Part shown: piece after piece, positions 28,884 to 38,017 of the stretch | Layout: each line of letters begins with the position of its first letter | How positions within the stretch are numbered: the first letter of the stretch is position 1 | Origin: an uncultured bacterium | GTDB taxonomy: Bacteria > JAGOEH01 | Length of the DNA: 64,000 nucleotides | Direction of reading: 5' to 3' | NCBI GenBank assembly: GCA_964632485.1 | Contig: CAZWDO010000021.1 | Span: 1-64,000 of the forward strand | Position numbers and translations under genes: made by a program | The notes under the pieces: generated by a model | Seen by the model: only the letters and a program-made list of their open reading frames with translations | Databases searched by the model: none | What the model was told of the DNA's origin: nothing

Positions 28884-29156
28884 CTATTTTTTTTTGAATT
28901 TATTGCGTAAATCCATTACAATATTGGTAAACGTCGCATTGGAATTTATTTTACCATTTTGGTCTCTGACTACTTCCCCATGCTTGGGCAGCTCTATGGT
29001 AATCCAATGCTCACCACTGGCCATTTCCATTATTTTTTTGATACTGGCAGCATCCAGGAGAGTTCCGGCTTTAAAAATTATTTTACCCTGATGAGACAGA
29101 TGGTTGACGAGAATCATTCCGGGTTTTAATTCTGCCGGTCTTAATTTCAGGGGCAT
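28884..29156 (-). CDS. Small hypothetical protein resembling the N-terminal module of HD-GYP proteins
   Basis: LKPGMIL...GKIIFKAGTLL...IKKI pattern; SD GAAGGAG. Confidence 0.6.
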   Translation of the reverse strand: MPLKLRPAELKPGMILVNHLSHQGKIIFKAGTLLDAASIKKIMEMASGEHWITIELPKHGEVVRDQNGKINSNATFTNIVMDLRNKFKKK

Positions 29157-29243
29157 TTTAAAGTCTCCTTCCTTTATGATTATCGAAAAAAGCGTTTACC
29201 GGAAGCGTGTCCGAGGGAGAGAACCATCGGCAGATTCCGGAAG

Positions 29244-31202
29244 TCAGTTTAATAATTCCCGCAACAAGTTAGTAGCGCTTTCCCATTCCTCATAGGCTTG
29301 AGCCAGAAGCTCAGGAATATCTTTATAGCGGCGGCTAAAGCGGATCATCGTCTCATTATTTTTATGGATTTCAGGATCGCAGAGTTGCAGTTCCAATTTT
29401 TTTTGTTCATCTTCGAGGGCAGCGATTTGGGATTCAAGGGATTCCACTTGCTTTTGAAGTTTTTTTCGATCCTCGGCGATCAACTGGCGTTTTTGAGCGT
29501 TTTCGCGCCGGGTGTCGCGCGCTGAAGCCTTATTTTTATCGCGGAAAATATCCGAACTGGAATGGCGGACTTGCCAACCGGCCTGAATTTCCTTATGCCA
29601 GGTTTGCCAGAAATCATCGAAATTACCCGGGTACTGAACCAGTGTTCCGTGATGCAAATAAAATACTTTATTTACCAATTCATTCATAAAAAACCGATCA
29701 TGAGTCACCAGCAATATCGTGCCGGGATAATCCTGGAGGGCCATAAACAAAGCTTCTTTGGAAGGAATATCGAGATGGTTGGTGGGTTCGTCGAGAATTA
29801 AAAAATTGGCGTCGCTGAGTAAGAATTTGGCAAAAGCAACGCGGGTCTTTTCACCCCCGCTCAGGATATTGATTTTTTTATAGACATCATCGCCGGAAAA
29901 GAGAAAGCTGCCGAGTACGGGACGCACAAAGGGCGCGCGAGAGACAGAGGCATCGCGCATCAATTCATCATAGATTGTGTTATCGGGATTAAGCAATCGA
30001 TCGCTTTCCTGGGAATAATAAGCGATTTGTACATTATGGCCGAAATTGATCTCCCCATTATCGGGCGCTTCCAATCCGGCCAGCAGGCGGGTCAGGGTGG
30101 ATTTGCCCTGGCCGTTGGCGCCGATCAGGGCGATTTTCTCCCCCGATTGAATTTCAAATTCCATATCCTGAAAAACCGTTAACTCTCCATAACATTTTTT
30201 CAAATTTTCCACAGCAACGGCGCGGCTGCCGCCTTTACTAAAATCCGGCAATTTGAAGCGTTGATGCGAATCGAGGCTATTGCGTTCCTGATTGGGCAAT
30301 TCAGCCTGCATCCGTTCAAGCAGTTTGACTTTACTTTGGACATTAGCGGCGTGGCGCGCCTTAGCGCGAAAGCGGTTAATATATTGCTCAATCTGGCCGG
30401 CGCGTTTCTGAATCCGCTCACTTTGTTTCTGTATCTGCTCCTGAAACTGAGACCATTGTTCGACAAAATCCTCATAATTACCTGTGAATCGGTGCAAGCG
30501 CCCATGATTTAAAAACCATACCGAACGGACCATTCGATTAATGAAAGCCCGATCATGCGAGATAATGAGGATAGCGCCTTCGTAGCTGGCTAAATAATCT
30601 TCCAGCCATTGAATGGATGGCAAGTCCAGATGGTTGGTGGGTTCATCCAAAAGCAGAACACGGCCGGGCTGCAACAATATTTTTGCGAGAAACGCCCGCA
30701 TTTGCCAACCGCCTGAAAATTCAGTCAGCGGCCGTTGCCAGTGACTCTCTTGAAACCCCAACCCCATCAATACTTTGGCGACATCCGCCTGACGGGAATA
30801 ATAATGATGAGTGTCCAAAAAGGTCTGCCGCTCGCCTATCTCGTCCATCATCGTTCTGATTTCAAGGTCGTCTTTCACCTTGCTCAGGCGCGTATGCAGT
30901 TGGTTCAATTCGTCTTCAAGCCGTCGGAACTCTGAAAAAGCGCTCATCGCCACATCCCATACCGTTCCAAATACCCACTCTCCCGCAATCTGGGGCAAAT
31001 AACCGATCGCCAGACCCTTCTCCCGGCTGATTTCACCCTCATCTGACGGCAATTCCCCCAGGATCAAACGGAATAATGTGCTTTTACCAGCGCCATTGGG
31101 ACCTATTAAAGCAATGCGGTCTCCTGACTGAATGGTAAATGATAACCCATTGAGTATGGTCCGGATACCAAAATGCAAACTGACATTCTGAAAATAAATC
31201 AA
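29244..31202 (-). CDS. ABC-F family ATP-binding protein
   Basis: Two Walker A motifs (GPNGAGKST, GANGQGKST), two LDEPTNHLD, no TM segments, C-terminal coiled coil. Confidence 0.93.
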   Translation of the reverse strand: MIYFQNVSLHFGIRTILNGLSFTIQSGDRIALIGPNGAGKSTLFRLILGELPSDEGEISREKGLAIGYLPQIAGEWVFGTVWDVAMSAFSEFRRLEDELNQLHTRLSKVKDDLEIRTMMDEIGERQTFLDTHHYYSRQADVAKVLMGLGFQESHWQRPLTEFSGGWQMRAFLAKILLQPGRVLLLDEPTNHLDLPSIQWLEDYLASYEGAILIISHDRAFINRMVRSVWFLNHGRLHRFTGNYEDFVEQWSQFQEQIQKQSERIQKRAGQIEQYINRFRAKARHAANVQSKVKLLERMQAELPNQERNSLDSHQRFKLPDFSKGGSRAVAVENLKKCYGELTVFQDMEFEIQSGEKIALIGANGQGKSTLTRLLAGLEAPDNGEINFGHNVQIAYYSQESDRLLNPDNTIYDELMRDASVSRAPFVRPVLGSFLFSGDDVYKKINILSGGEKTRVAFAKFLLSDANFLILDEPTNHLDIPSKEALFMALQDYPGTILLVTHDRFFMNELVNKVFYLHHGTLVQYPGNFDDFWQTWHKEIQAGWQVRHSSSDIFRDKNKASARDTRRENAQKRQLIAEDRKKLQKQVESLESQIAALEDEQKKLELQLCDPEIHKNNETMIRFSRRYKDIPELLAQAYEEWESATNLLRELLN

Positions 31203-31458
31203 AAAGCGTCCTCTTTTTCCCTATAGCTGTTCATGGATCGTTAATCCCTAAATATTACATATAACGGTTACGTTTCTATAAATAGTTGGATTCCAGGATG
31301 TGGAATACCCCAACTATCATCGTTTTCTAAACGCGCTCCCACGGGACGAGCTCATTCATCCATCGCTTAAAATAATACATATCAGCATATTAATCAAGTG
31401 TTTTTTAGTGTATGATTTATGATTAATTCTACTTTGTCATTATAAGTCGAAATGACTG

Positions 31459-31838
31459 CTCCTGCGGAGGCAGGAATCTAATCTCATTCGCGTCATTCCT
31501 GCGGAGGCAGGAATCCATCTTTCACTACTGGATGCCGGATCAAGNNNNNNNNNNNNNNNNNNNNNNNNNNNNNNNNNNNNNNNNNNNNNNNNNNNNNNNN
31601 NNNNNNNNNNNNNNNNNNNNNNNNNNNNNNNNNNNNNNNNNNNNGCGTCATTCCTGCGGAGGCAGGAATCCATCTTTCACTACTGGATGCCGGATCAAGT
31701 CCGGCATGACGGACGGTGTGACCCATGGATGCCGGATCAAGTCCGGCATGACGGACGGTGGTGACCCATGGATGCCGCATCAAGTCCGGCATGACGACAG
31801 TGGTGACCCAAGGATGCCGGATCAAGTCCGGCATGACG
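31459..31838. repeat. Cluster of REP-like palindromes of two types, interrupted by a 100-N gap (31545-31644)
   Basis: CGTCATTCCTGCGGAGGCAGGAATCCA twice plus a partial copy; GGATGCCGGATCAAGTCCGGCATGACG four times at ~41-43-bp period plus a partial copy. Confidence 0.85.
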
Positions 31839-31896
31839 GAGCGAAGTCTGATTGATTACTCCCAAAATATAGAGAATTAAATAAATCAATTTATAC

Positions 31897-31925
31897 TTGA
31901 CAATCGAAGAAATAACGATTATATT
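31897..31925 (+). promoter_or_regulatory. sigma70-type promoter of the PNP-apt operon
   Basis: TTGACA-17 bp-TATATT; overlaps an AATCG-N9-CGATT inverted repeat. Confidence 0.65.
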
Positions 31926-32092
31926 AGAAAAAAGTTATCGTCAGAACGAACATTGGCCAGTTGGGATGGTCTTTCCGGTATTTCCGAAAAGCGCCGAAGC
32001 GCTCGGAGAGAGGGTGTAAACGCTTCGAATTTTTACTGACGATCGCTTCTTTAAAAAAGCTGAAAGAGGATGAAGGCACGCGAATAAAGGAC

Positions 32093-32929
32093 ATGAAAAA
32101 AACAGAAAATATCAAACAGATCAATGCGCCGTTAGCGGTTCATCGTCAAGTGGAAAAGATCGCCCTGACAATCGAAAGGGAATGGGGTCCGGTACGGCCT
32201 GAGCGGGCCATTATAATGGGTTCGGGCTGGGGCCAGGCATTATCGAACTGGCGGGATGAATTAAAAGCGATACCGTATTCACGAGCGGGATTTACTTCCA
32301 CACGGGTAATAGGGCACGGGGAAACCCTTTATTATTCACCTAAATATCGAACGCTTATTTTTAGCGGCAGATTTCATTTATATACCGGAATCGATTCATG
32401 GCAGGCAGTTATGCCGGTATTAGTAGGCCATATACTGGGAATAGGTACGCTGGTGTTAACGAACGCTGCCGGCGCGCTGGAAGCGGCCTTTCCCATCGGG
32501 AGCATCGTTTTTATTGAAGACCAGATCAACTTTACCCATTATAAAATAGCTATTCCTGATTGGAAAACCGGAACGCCTTATCATGTTGAATGTTATGGTA
32601 GATTAGCAGGTTTTGTCCAGGCGGAGGGAATAGAAACCCGCCGGGGAGTCTATTGCGGTTTAGTAGGTCCGGCTTATGAAACTCCTGCAGAAGCCCGTTA
32701 TTTTTACAGCATCGGCGCCCATTTAGTGGGAATGTCAAGCGTACTGGAAGCAGAGGCCGCCGCTACTTTGGGAATACAAGTCATTGGATTATCGCTGGTG
32801 ACTAATTATGTACCCATGTCGCGTAAAATCCCGGAAAAGCTGGACCATCATGATGTTCTTGCAGTCGCCGGGCAAAAACTTACGGGGATGATTCTAAGTC
32901 TCCAAAATTATTTCCAAACCACCGACTAA
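32093..32929 (+). CDS. Purine nucleoside phosphorylase (trimeric, PunA-like), divergent
   Basis: IIMGSGWG, GRFHLYTG, LTNAAG, GPAYETPAE, VGMS, SLVTN, H.DVL. Start placed at ATG 32093 after AAAGGA. Confidence 0.82.
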   Translation: MKKTENIKQINAPLAVHRQVEKIALTIEREWGPVRPERAIIMGSGWGQALSNWRDELKAIPYSRAGFTSTRVIGHGETLYYSPKYRTLIFSGRFHLYTGIDSWQAVMPVLVGHILGIGTLVLTNAAGALEAAFPIGSIVFIEDQINFTHYKIAIPDWKTGTPYHVECYGRLAGFVQAEGIETRRGVYCGLVGPAYETPAEARYFYSIGAHLVGMSSVLEAEAAATLGIQVIGLSLVTNYVPMSRKIPEKLDHHDVLAVAGQKLTGMILSLQNYFQTTD

Positions 32930-32938
32930 GGAGACCCT

Positions 32939-33973
32939 ATGCTATTTTATTTTCTTTCACCGTCCGCCGCGCTCTACAAACAGGAAAAAAATCAAATTGC
33001 CTCCATTTTAGGAATTGAACCGACAGCCATCATCGAACTCAATGAAAAATTCGCTTATTTAAATATACTGAAGACAAGTCATTCAGAGACGGTGATTATA
33101 TTCAGTCACAAAATATTTTTTTTAGCGACCGAACTCTGTCTGATTGAACACCAACTCAGTCATGGGCAGATTCAATTCATCCTGTTCGAAGAGCCCAACG
33201 AGATAGCGGGAATGATTGAAAGGGTTATGGCCGCTCCCACCAGCGATGATAGCCAGACAATCGAGATTCCCAAGGAACTTTGGACATTATCATCGTTATG
33301 GAATCATTTGACCTATTATAAGACGGCCAATCTGATTGACGGATTTATTCACAATATTAGTACTCCCATCACGGCTTTGTGCGGCCGGGTTGAGTTGGCC
33401 CGGATGACCCATCGCAATCTGGCCGATGACCCCAAATTTACGTTCGTAATTGAAAATTTGACCAATATGGTGAAAAACTTCCAATGGTATCAGGAGAACA
33501 TCGAAACGCCAGACTATCAAAAAATATATGTTACTCAGATGCTTAACAATCTGATAGAAACACTCGGCTGCAATTTGACTTTTAAGCATAGAGTTCAACT
33601 TGAAATTAGTACCGAATCTGAATCCTGTACGCTAAACACCATACCCAAATATTTCATTTTCTTAGTATTTTCAATGATAGAAAACATTTCAGATTATGTC
33701 CATGCGGAAAACACCTCGATTAAATTGCAAATTAATACGCGGATGACCTCGGATTATATGCTCATGACATTCAGTTTTCCCAATATAATGGAATGCAATT
33801 TTGAGCAAATCGATATTGTTGAACCTGATCACCAAAAACGGTTTGGATTAAGTCTGGCTTATCTTAAATGGCATTATATCGTGCCGGAGCAGATTACGTT
33901 GATTTCGATGGTCGAGGAGAATCAGCGTTTGATAGAAATTGGATTTCCGTTGAATCATCGGTACGGATTATAA
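32939..33973 (+). CDS. Hypothetical protein with HisKA-like H-box and degenerate HATPase region
   Basis: IDGFIHNISTPITAL; no DxGxG box; FGLSL where GLGL is expected. Confidence 0.55.
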   Translation: MLFYFLSPSAALYKQEKNQIASILGIEPTAIIELNEKFAYLNILKTSHSETVIIFSHKIFFLATELCLIEHQLSHGQIQFILFEEPNEIAGMIERVMAAPTSDDSQTIEIPKELWTLSSLWNHLTYYKTANLIDGFIHNISTPITALCGRVELARMTHRNLADDPKFTFVIENLTNMVKNFQWYQENIETPDYQKIYVTQMLNNLIETLGCNLTFKHRVQLEISTESESCTLNTIPKYFIFLVFSMIENISDYVHAENTSIKLQINTRMTSDYMLMTFSFPNIMECNFEQIDIVEPDHQKRFGLSLAYLKWHYIVPEQITLISMVEENQRLIEIGFPLNHRYGL

Positions 33974-33977
33974 GCGC

Positions 33978-34580
33978 ATGTTAAGTTTTATTCGCCCACA
34001 ATATGAGCGCTTTTTTGCGCCGATCGGCTTAATTTGCCAAAAATTGGGATTTACCCCTAATTCGTTGACGATTATTGGCATCGTGATCGGCAGTATAGTA
34101 GTTTGGACCATTCCTCTGCACTGGTGGTTCACCACGATTCTGCTAATTCTAATTTCTGTTTTATTTGATGTTGCTGATGGGGCTACGGCGCGGGCTACAG
34201 GGAAGCACTCCCATTTGGGAGAACTTTTTGACCATTGCAGTGACCGCTATGTTGAATTTTTTATTATCTGTGGGATCGCCCGGGAGGGAACGATTCCTGC
34301 CCAATGGCCGACATTTGTAATTTTTGGTATGGTAATGGCCAGCTACGTCAGAGCCAAAGCCGAAGCAAATGACCCGCAGGGCGACTATAAATTCGGACTG
34401 GCTGAGCGGCAGGAAAAAATATTCATCCTAATCCTGGGTTTTTTTGGAGAAATGGTCTATTCCCCCATCAACTGGCTTCTCTATAGTATCCTGCTGGTGG
34501 GCGTCCTTTCTCATCTGACCGTCATTCAGCGGCTGGTTGTTGCTTACCAGCGCGCAAAAACTTTAGGCAAAAGGAATTGA
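33978..34580 (+). CDS. CDP-alcohol phosphatidyltransferase, PIP/AIP-synthase-like
   Basis: TPN.LT; DVADGATAR...GELFDHCSDR signature; SYVRAKAE and G..ER.E motifs. Confidence 0.88.
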   Translation: MLSFIRPQYERFFAPIGLICQKLGFTPNSLTIIGIVIGSIVVWTIPLHWWFTTILLILISVLFDVADGATARATGKHSHLGELFDHCSDRYVEFFIICGIAREGTIPAQWPTFVIFGMVMASYVRAKAEANDPQGDYKFGLAERQEKIFILILGFFGEMVYSPINWLLYSILLVGVLSHLTVIQRLVVAYQRAKTLGKRN

Positions 34581-34582
34581 GC

Positions 34583-35518
34583 ATGATACTCTGTATAGGA
34601 AATCCCGTTTACGATATGATTCAGACCCCTTTTATCAAAACCCCGGAGCGCATCCTCTCCGGCTGTAGCATCAATGCCGCGATCACCCTGGCTTATCAGG
34701 GCAGCCGCGCCATGGTCGTGGGTAACCTGGGCGCTGATTATGGAGAACACTGCTGCCAAACCCTTGAAAAACAAGCGATTGATTATCTACTAAACATTGA
34801 GGGCGCGACCGGAGGGTTCAATTTAGTTTATCAAACCATTACGCAACGAACGCTGGAAATATGGCAAACAGCCAATCCCATCACTCAATTTCCCGAACTG
34901 GACGAACCCTGCGAGATGATTTTATTGGGTCCGATTCTGGGAGAGATTTCACTTGAATGGGTAGAGGAAATCAAAACCCGTTTTCCACGAGTTCCCATCG
35001 CGCTAGATCCCCAGGGATTTCTGCGCCGCGGAGAAGGCAAGGCGACCATTCATTATCGTCCCGACACGATTGAGCGACTTTTTTCACTCTGTGATATTAT
35101 TAAGCCCAACGAGCTGGAAGCGGAAATCATTACCGGTATTGATCCCAAGCGGGAGCCGGCAAGGGCCATGGAAGCTCTAAAAGCGATGGCGCCTGAAACA
35201 GCCACGGTGATTATCACCCTAAGTGACTGCGGGGCAATAGCCAGTGAAAACAGCCACGACTGGTATATTCAGGCCTATCCGGCCAATGCGATCGATAGTA
35301 CCGGTGTTGGCGACTCATTCATCGGTTCACTGCTTCATGCCCGCCGGTGTGGACTTCCCTTCCATCAGCAACTTTGCCGCGCTACAGCCGCTTCATCCTT
35401 CGTGATCGAACAAGTGGGACCCTGGTTCGAATTCCCTCCAACTTCTTTCGAAGTGCGCTGTTTGTGGCTGGAATCAAAACTTCAGGAGAAAATTCCTCAT
35501 GAACTCATTAAAGTTTAA
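34583..35518 (+). CDS. PfkB/ribokinase-family kinase
   Basis: IGNPVYD, LDPQG, KPNELEA, DSTGVGDSF. Confidence 0.88.
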   Translation: MILCIGNPVYDMIQTPFIKTPERILSGCSINAAITLAYQGSRAMVVGNLGADYGEHCCQTLEKQAIDYLLNIEGATGGFNLVYQTITQRTLEIWQTANPITQFPELDEPCEMILLGPILGEISLEWVEEIKTRFPRVPIALDPQGFLRRGEGKATIHYRPDTIERLFSLCDIIKPNELEAEIITGIDPKREPARAMEALKAMAPETATVIITLSDCGAIASENSHDWYIQAYPANAIDSTGVGDSFIGSLLHARRCGLPFHQQLCRATAASSFVIEQVGPWFEFPPTSFEVRCLWLESKLQEKIPHELIKV

Positions 35519-36137
35519 ACCTTTACTCTTCATCTTGCTTTTATGCGTTTGCGGGACTTCATCACTTGATTCGAAACTATCCTCTAAAATTGAAAACGAT
35601 ATTAAAATCGGCCAGGGGGAATTCAAAATCCGCCTAACGCAACTCTACCAGGAATTAAAGCAAAATCCACTTGACTCAAAAAGCTACAATAATTTGGGCG
35701 ATCTTTACTTCAAGCGCGGGGATGAACCCACGGCCCAGCTCATGTTTGAATTCGCTCTGAAAATCGATTCAAATTACGTGAGCCCTCTGTTCAATCTAAG
35801 CATTATCAAAACGAAAGAGGGCAAACTGGACAGCGCGCAATTGCTGCTTGAAAAAATTTGCGCCCTGAAAAGCGACCATATCATGGCCCTGGCTAATTTA
35901 AGCCGGCTTCTCTACCAACAGCAACGGTTCGATGAAGCCCTGGAAAAAGGAATACTCGCTTACAATCTGGACCCTGAGAACTCGCAACTGGCCTATAATA
36001 TGGGTGTGATTTATCAAGCGCTGGGCGATAACGGTCTCTCTCTGGAATTCTATCAAAAAGCATTGAATTTGAATCCCGCCAACTTGCAGGCGCAAGAGCG
36101 GTTAAACATCCTATTGCATCAAACCAACCCCAATTAA
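35499..36137 (+). CDS. Tetratricopeptide repeat protein, exported
   Basis: Signal peptide; YNNLG, YNMG..Y, YQKAL.LNP repeats. Confidence 0.85.
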   Translation: MNSLKFKPLLFILLLCVCGTSSLDSKLSSKIENDIKIGQGEFKIRLTQLYQELKQNPLDSKSYNNLGDLYFKRGDEPTAQLMFEFALKIDSNYVSPLFNLSIIKTKEGKLDSAQLLLEKICALKSDHIMALANLSRLLYQQQRFDEALEKGILAYNLDPENSQLAYNMGVIYQALGDNGLSLEFYQKALNLNPANLQAQERLNILLHQTNPN

Positions 36138-36150
36138 AAAGGAAAATATT

Positions 36151-36684
36151 ATGTCTGATTACCTGAAGAATACAATTCGCACAATCCCTCATTGGCCTAA
36201 AGAGGGGGTGATGTTCCGCGATATAACGACTCTCATAAAAGATGATAAGGCCTTTGGGCAGGTTATTCAAAAGCTGGAAGAGCGTTATGCGGGCGCGCGC
36301 ATAGATAAAATTGCCGGCATCGAATCCCGCGGTTTCATTTTTGGCGCAGCTTTGGCTTTCGCGCTAAAAATCGGTTTTATCCCCATACGGAAAAAAGGGA
36401 AACTCCCGGCCGAAACACTCACCGAAGAATACGCGCTGGAATATGGAACCGACCAAATCGAGATACATAAAGACGCCCTAACGCCCAACCAGCGCGTAGT
36501 TCTGGTAGATGATCTGATCGCTACCGGCGGGACGGCGCTGGCTTCCTGCCGTTTAATCGAACGTTTGGGCGGACAAATCGCCGAATGCGCTTTTGTTATT
36601 GATCTACCCGATTTGGGCGGCAGTTTAAAATTGATCGATGCAGGTTATCAAGTCCATTATTTTATCCAGTTCGAGGGCGACTAA
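36151..36684 (+). CDS. apt: Adenine phosphoribosyltransferase
   Basis: GVMFRDITT, GIESRGF, RKKGKLP, YALEYG, VDDLIATGGT. Confidence 0.97.
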   Translation: MSDYLKNTIRTIPHWPKEGVMFRDITTLIKDDKAFGQVIQKLEERYAGARIDKIAGIESRGFIFGAALAFALKIGFIPIRKKGKLPAETLTEEYALEYGTDQIEIHKDALTPNQRVVLVDDLIATGGTALASCRLIERLGGQIAECAFVIDLPDLGGSLKLIDAGYQVHYFIQFEGD

Positions 36685-36760
36685 TTCCCCTGTTTCTTTG
36701 CAGGCTGATGCTATTAGCATTTTTCCATCCGGATTGCTTACAACGCTTGATCACGTCAGT

Positions 36761-37420
36761 TTAACGAAAAAATTTATTCAGTTCCATAGTGATGCGGGAA
36801 AACAAGCTCTGCCCTTTATAACGCACGAAATTCGGTCGTATCTCAATTTTGGCTTCAGCCAACTCATGCCATTGATGTTTAATCTCATGGATCGGTAAAT
36901 AGCGGTTATCTCTGTCCTTAAAAACAAGATCGTGATAAACACTGACAAGGGTCCATTCTGTATCAATTTTTACAAATGAACAGTATTGAATTATATCTGT
37001 TTGGTAGTTAAGTTTAACTTGCTGATAGTATGCGGGCAAGCCGGCGTAATTACAAAGAATCGTAAAAATATCCTCAAACTGGTCCTCAACTCCATACCCC
37101 CGCACCAGGATATGGTACGGATGGTCATCGACGATTGGCAGTTCCTTATTGATCTTAACATTTTCTCTAATATAATGGTAGAGACGGTCTATAATTTTAT
37201 GCGGGTCCTTTTCATCCCCCACAATTGATAAAACGATATCCTGATAATGATAGTCCCGGCAAATAAATTCCATCAATTTAACATACAACGGAATTTCTTT
37301 TTGAAAAACATTGTAATTTATTCCATAAGAATAGGTTACTTTTCGCGTTAATGCCGTAATGAGGGTGATACATAAAAGCGAAACGCCGATAATGATTGCG
37401 AAGCGATATTTTTTAATCAT
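36761..37420 (-). CDS. Hypothetical membrane-anchored protein, transglutaminase-like core
   Basis: N-terminal TM; ILVRGYGVEDQFEDIFTILCNYAGLPA. AT-rich gene. Confidence 0.55.
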   Translation of the reverse strand: MIKKYRFAIIIGVSLLCITLITALTRKVTYSYGINYNVFQKEIPLYVKLMEFICRDYHYQDIVLSIVGDEKDPHKIIDRLYHYIRENVKINKELPIVDDHPYHILVRGYGVEDQFEDIFTILCNYAGLPAYYQQVKLNYQTDIIQYCSFVKIDTEWTLVSVYHDLVFKDRDNRYLPIHEIKHQWHELAEAKIEIRPNFVRYKGQSLFSRITMELNKFFR

Positions 37421-37573
37421 ATTTTGGAACTCTTTTACATAACAGACAACGGGCTATAAAAACCATAGACTCGTCGGGAGAGAAGGGAACCATCCCCTGC
37501 AACAAGACGCCGAAAGAAACCGGCGGGTAGGATTTTTTTTCGTAGAATCAAGCGGCGCTGGCCGCGGCCGCGG

Positions 37574-38017
37574 TTAAGGCACTACTTCAATTTTGACTTT
37601 AACTACGCCTTTTTCAAGTAAATCAATCCGCTTGGCCGCTTCGTAGGAAAGGTCAATAATACGGCCTTCAATAAAAGGTCCCCGATCATTTACAACGACC
37701 AGTACGACTTTATTGTTCTCCAGATTGGTAACTTTCAATTTAGTGAAAAAAGGCAGCGAACGATGAGCCGCAGTCATTTTATACATATCAAAAACTTCCC
37801 CGCTGGCTGTTTTTTTCCCATGATACTTAGTTCCATAATACGAAGCATACCCGGTTTGAGAAAATCCGATCGGTGTCTCCGGCGGGCGCGGGCCATCGGT
37901 CTCTACCCGGTACCGCGGGGATTTGGCGCATGTGACCAGCAAAACCAGCATGCAGAGATTAAAAATTTTCCGTAAATCAAGGCGCCAGATATTTACTAAA
38001 AATTTCATTGGGTGCAT
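37574..38017 (-). CDS. rlpA: Septal ring lytic transglycosylase RlpA family lipoprotein (start uncertain)
   Basis: G.ASYYG..YHGKKTASGE.FDM..MTAAHRSLPF, VNDRGPF..GRIIDLS; lipobox LVTC. Confidence 0.9.
   Translation of the reverse strand: MHPMKFLVNIWRLDLRKIFNLCMLVLLVTCAKSPRYRVETDGPRPPETPIGFSQTGYASYYGTKYHGKKTASGEVFDMYKMTAAHRSLPFFTKLKVTNLENNKVVLVVVNDRGPFIEGRIIDLSYEAAKRIDLLEKGVVKVKIEVVP

Noticed and set aside
31685-31838. Possible CRISPR array (27-28-bp palindromic repeats at ~42-bp period)
   Set aside because: Linkers are only 14-15 bp and nearly identical, there are no cas genes, and the motif is REP-like.
31440-31855. ORFs of 77-113 aa spanning the 100-N gap
   Set aside because: They are translations of REP repeats and Ns (RHAGLDPAS, WIPASAGMT), not genes.
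31980-32015. Glycine riboswitch suggested by CGCCGAAG and GGAGAGA
   Set aside because: The elements are in the wrong order and there is no CTCTCAGG. Kept only as an unnamed structured-leader candidate.
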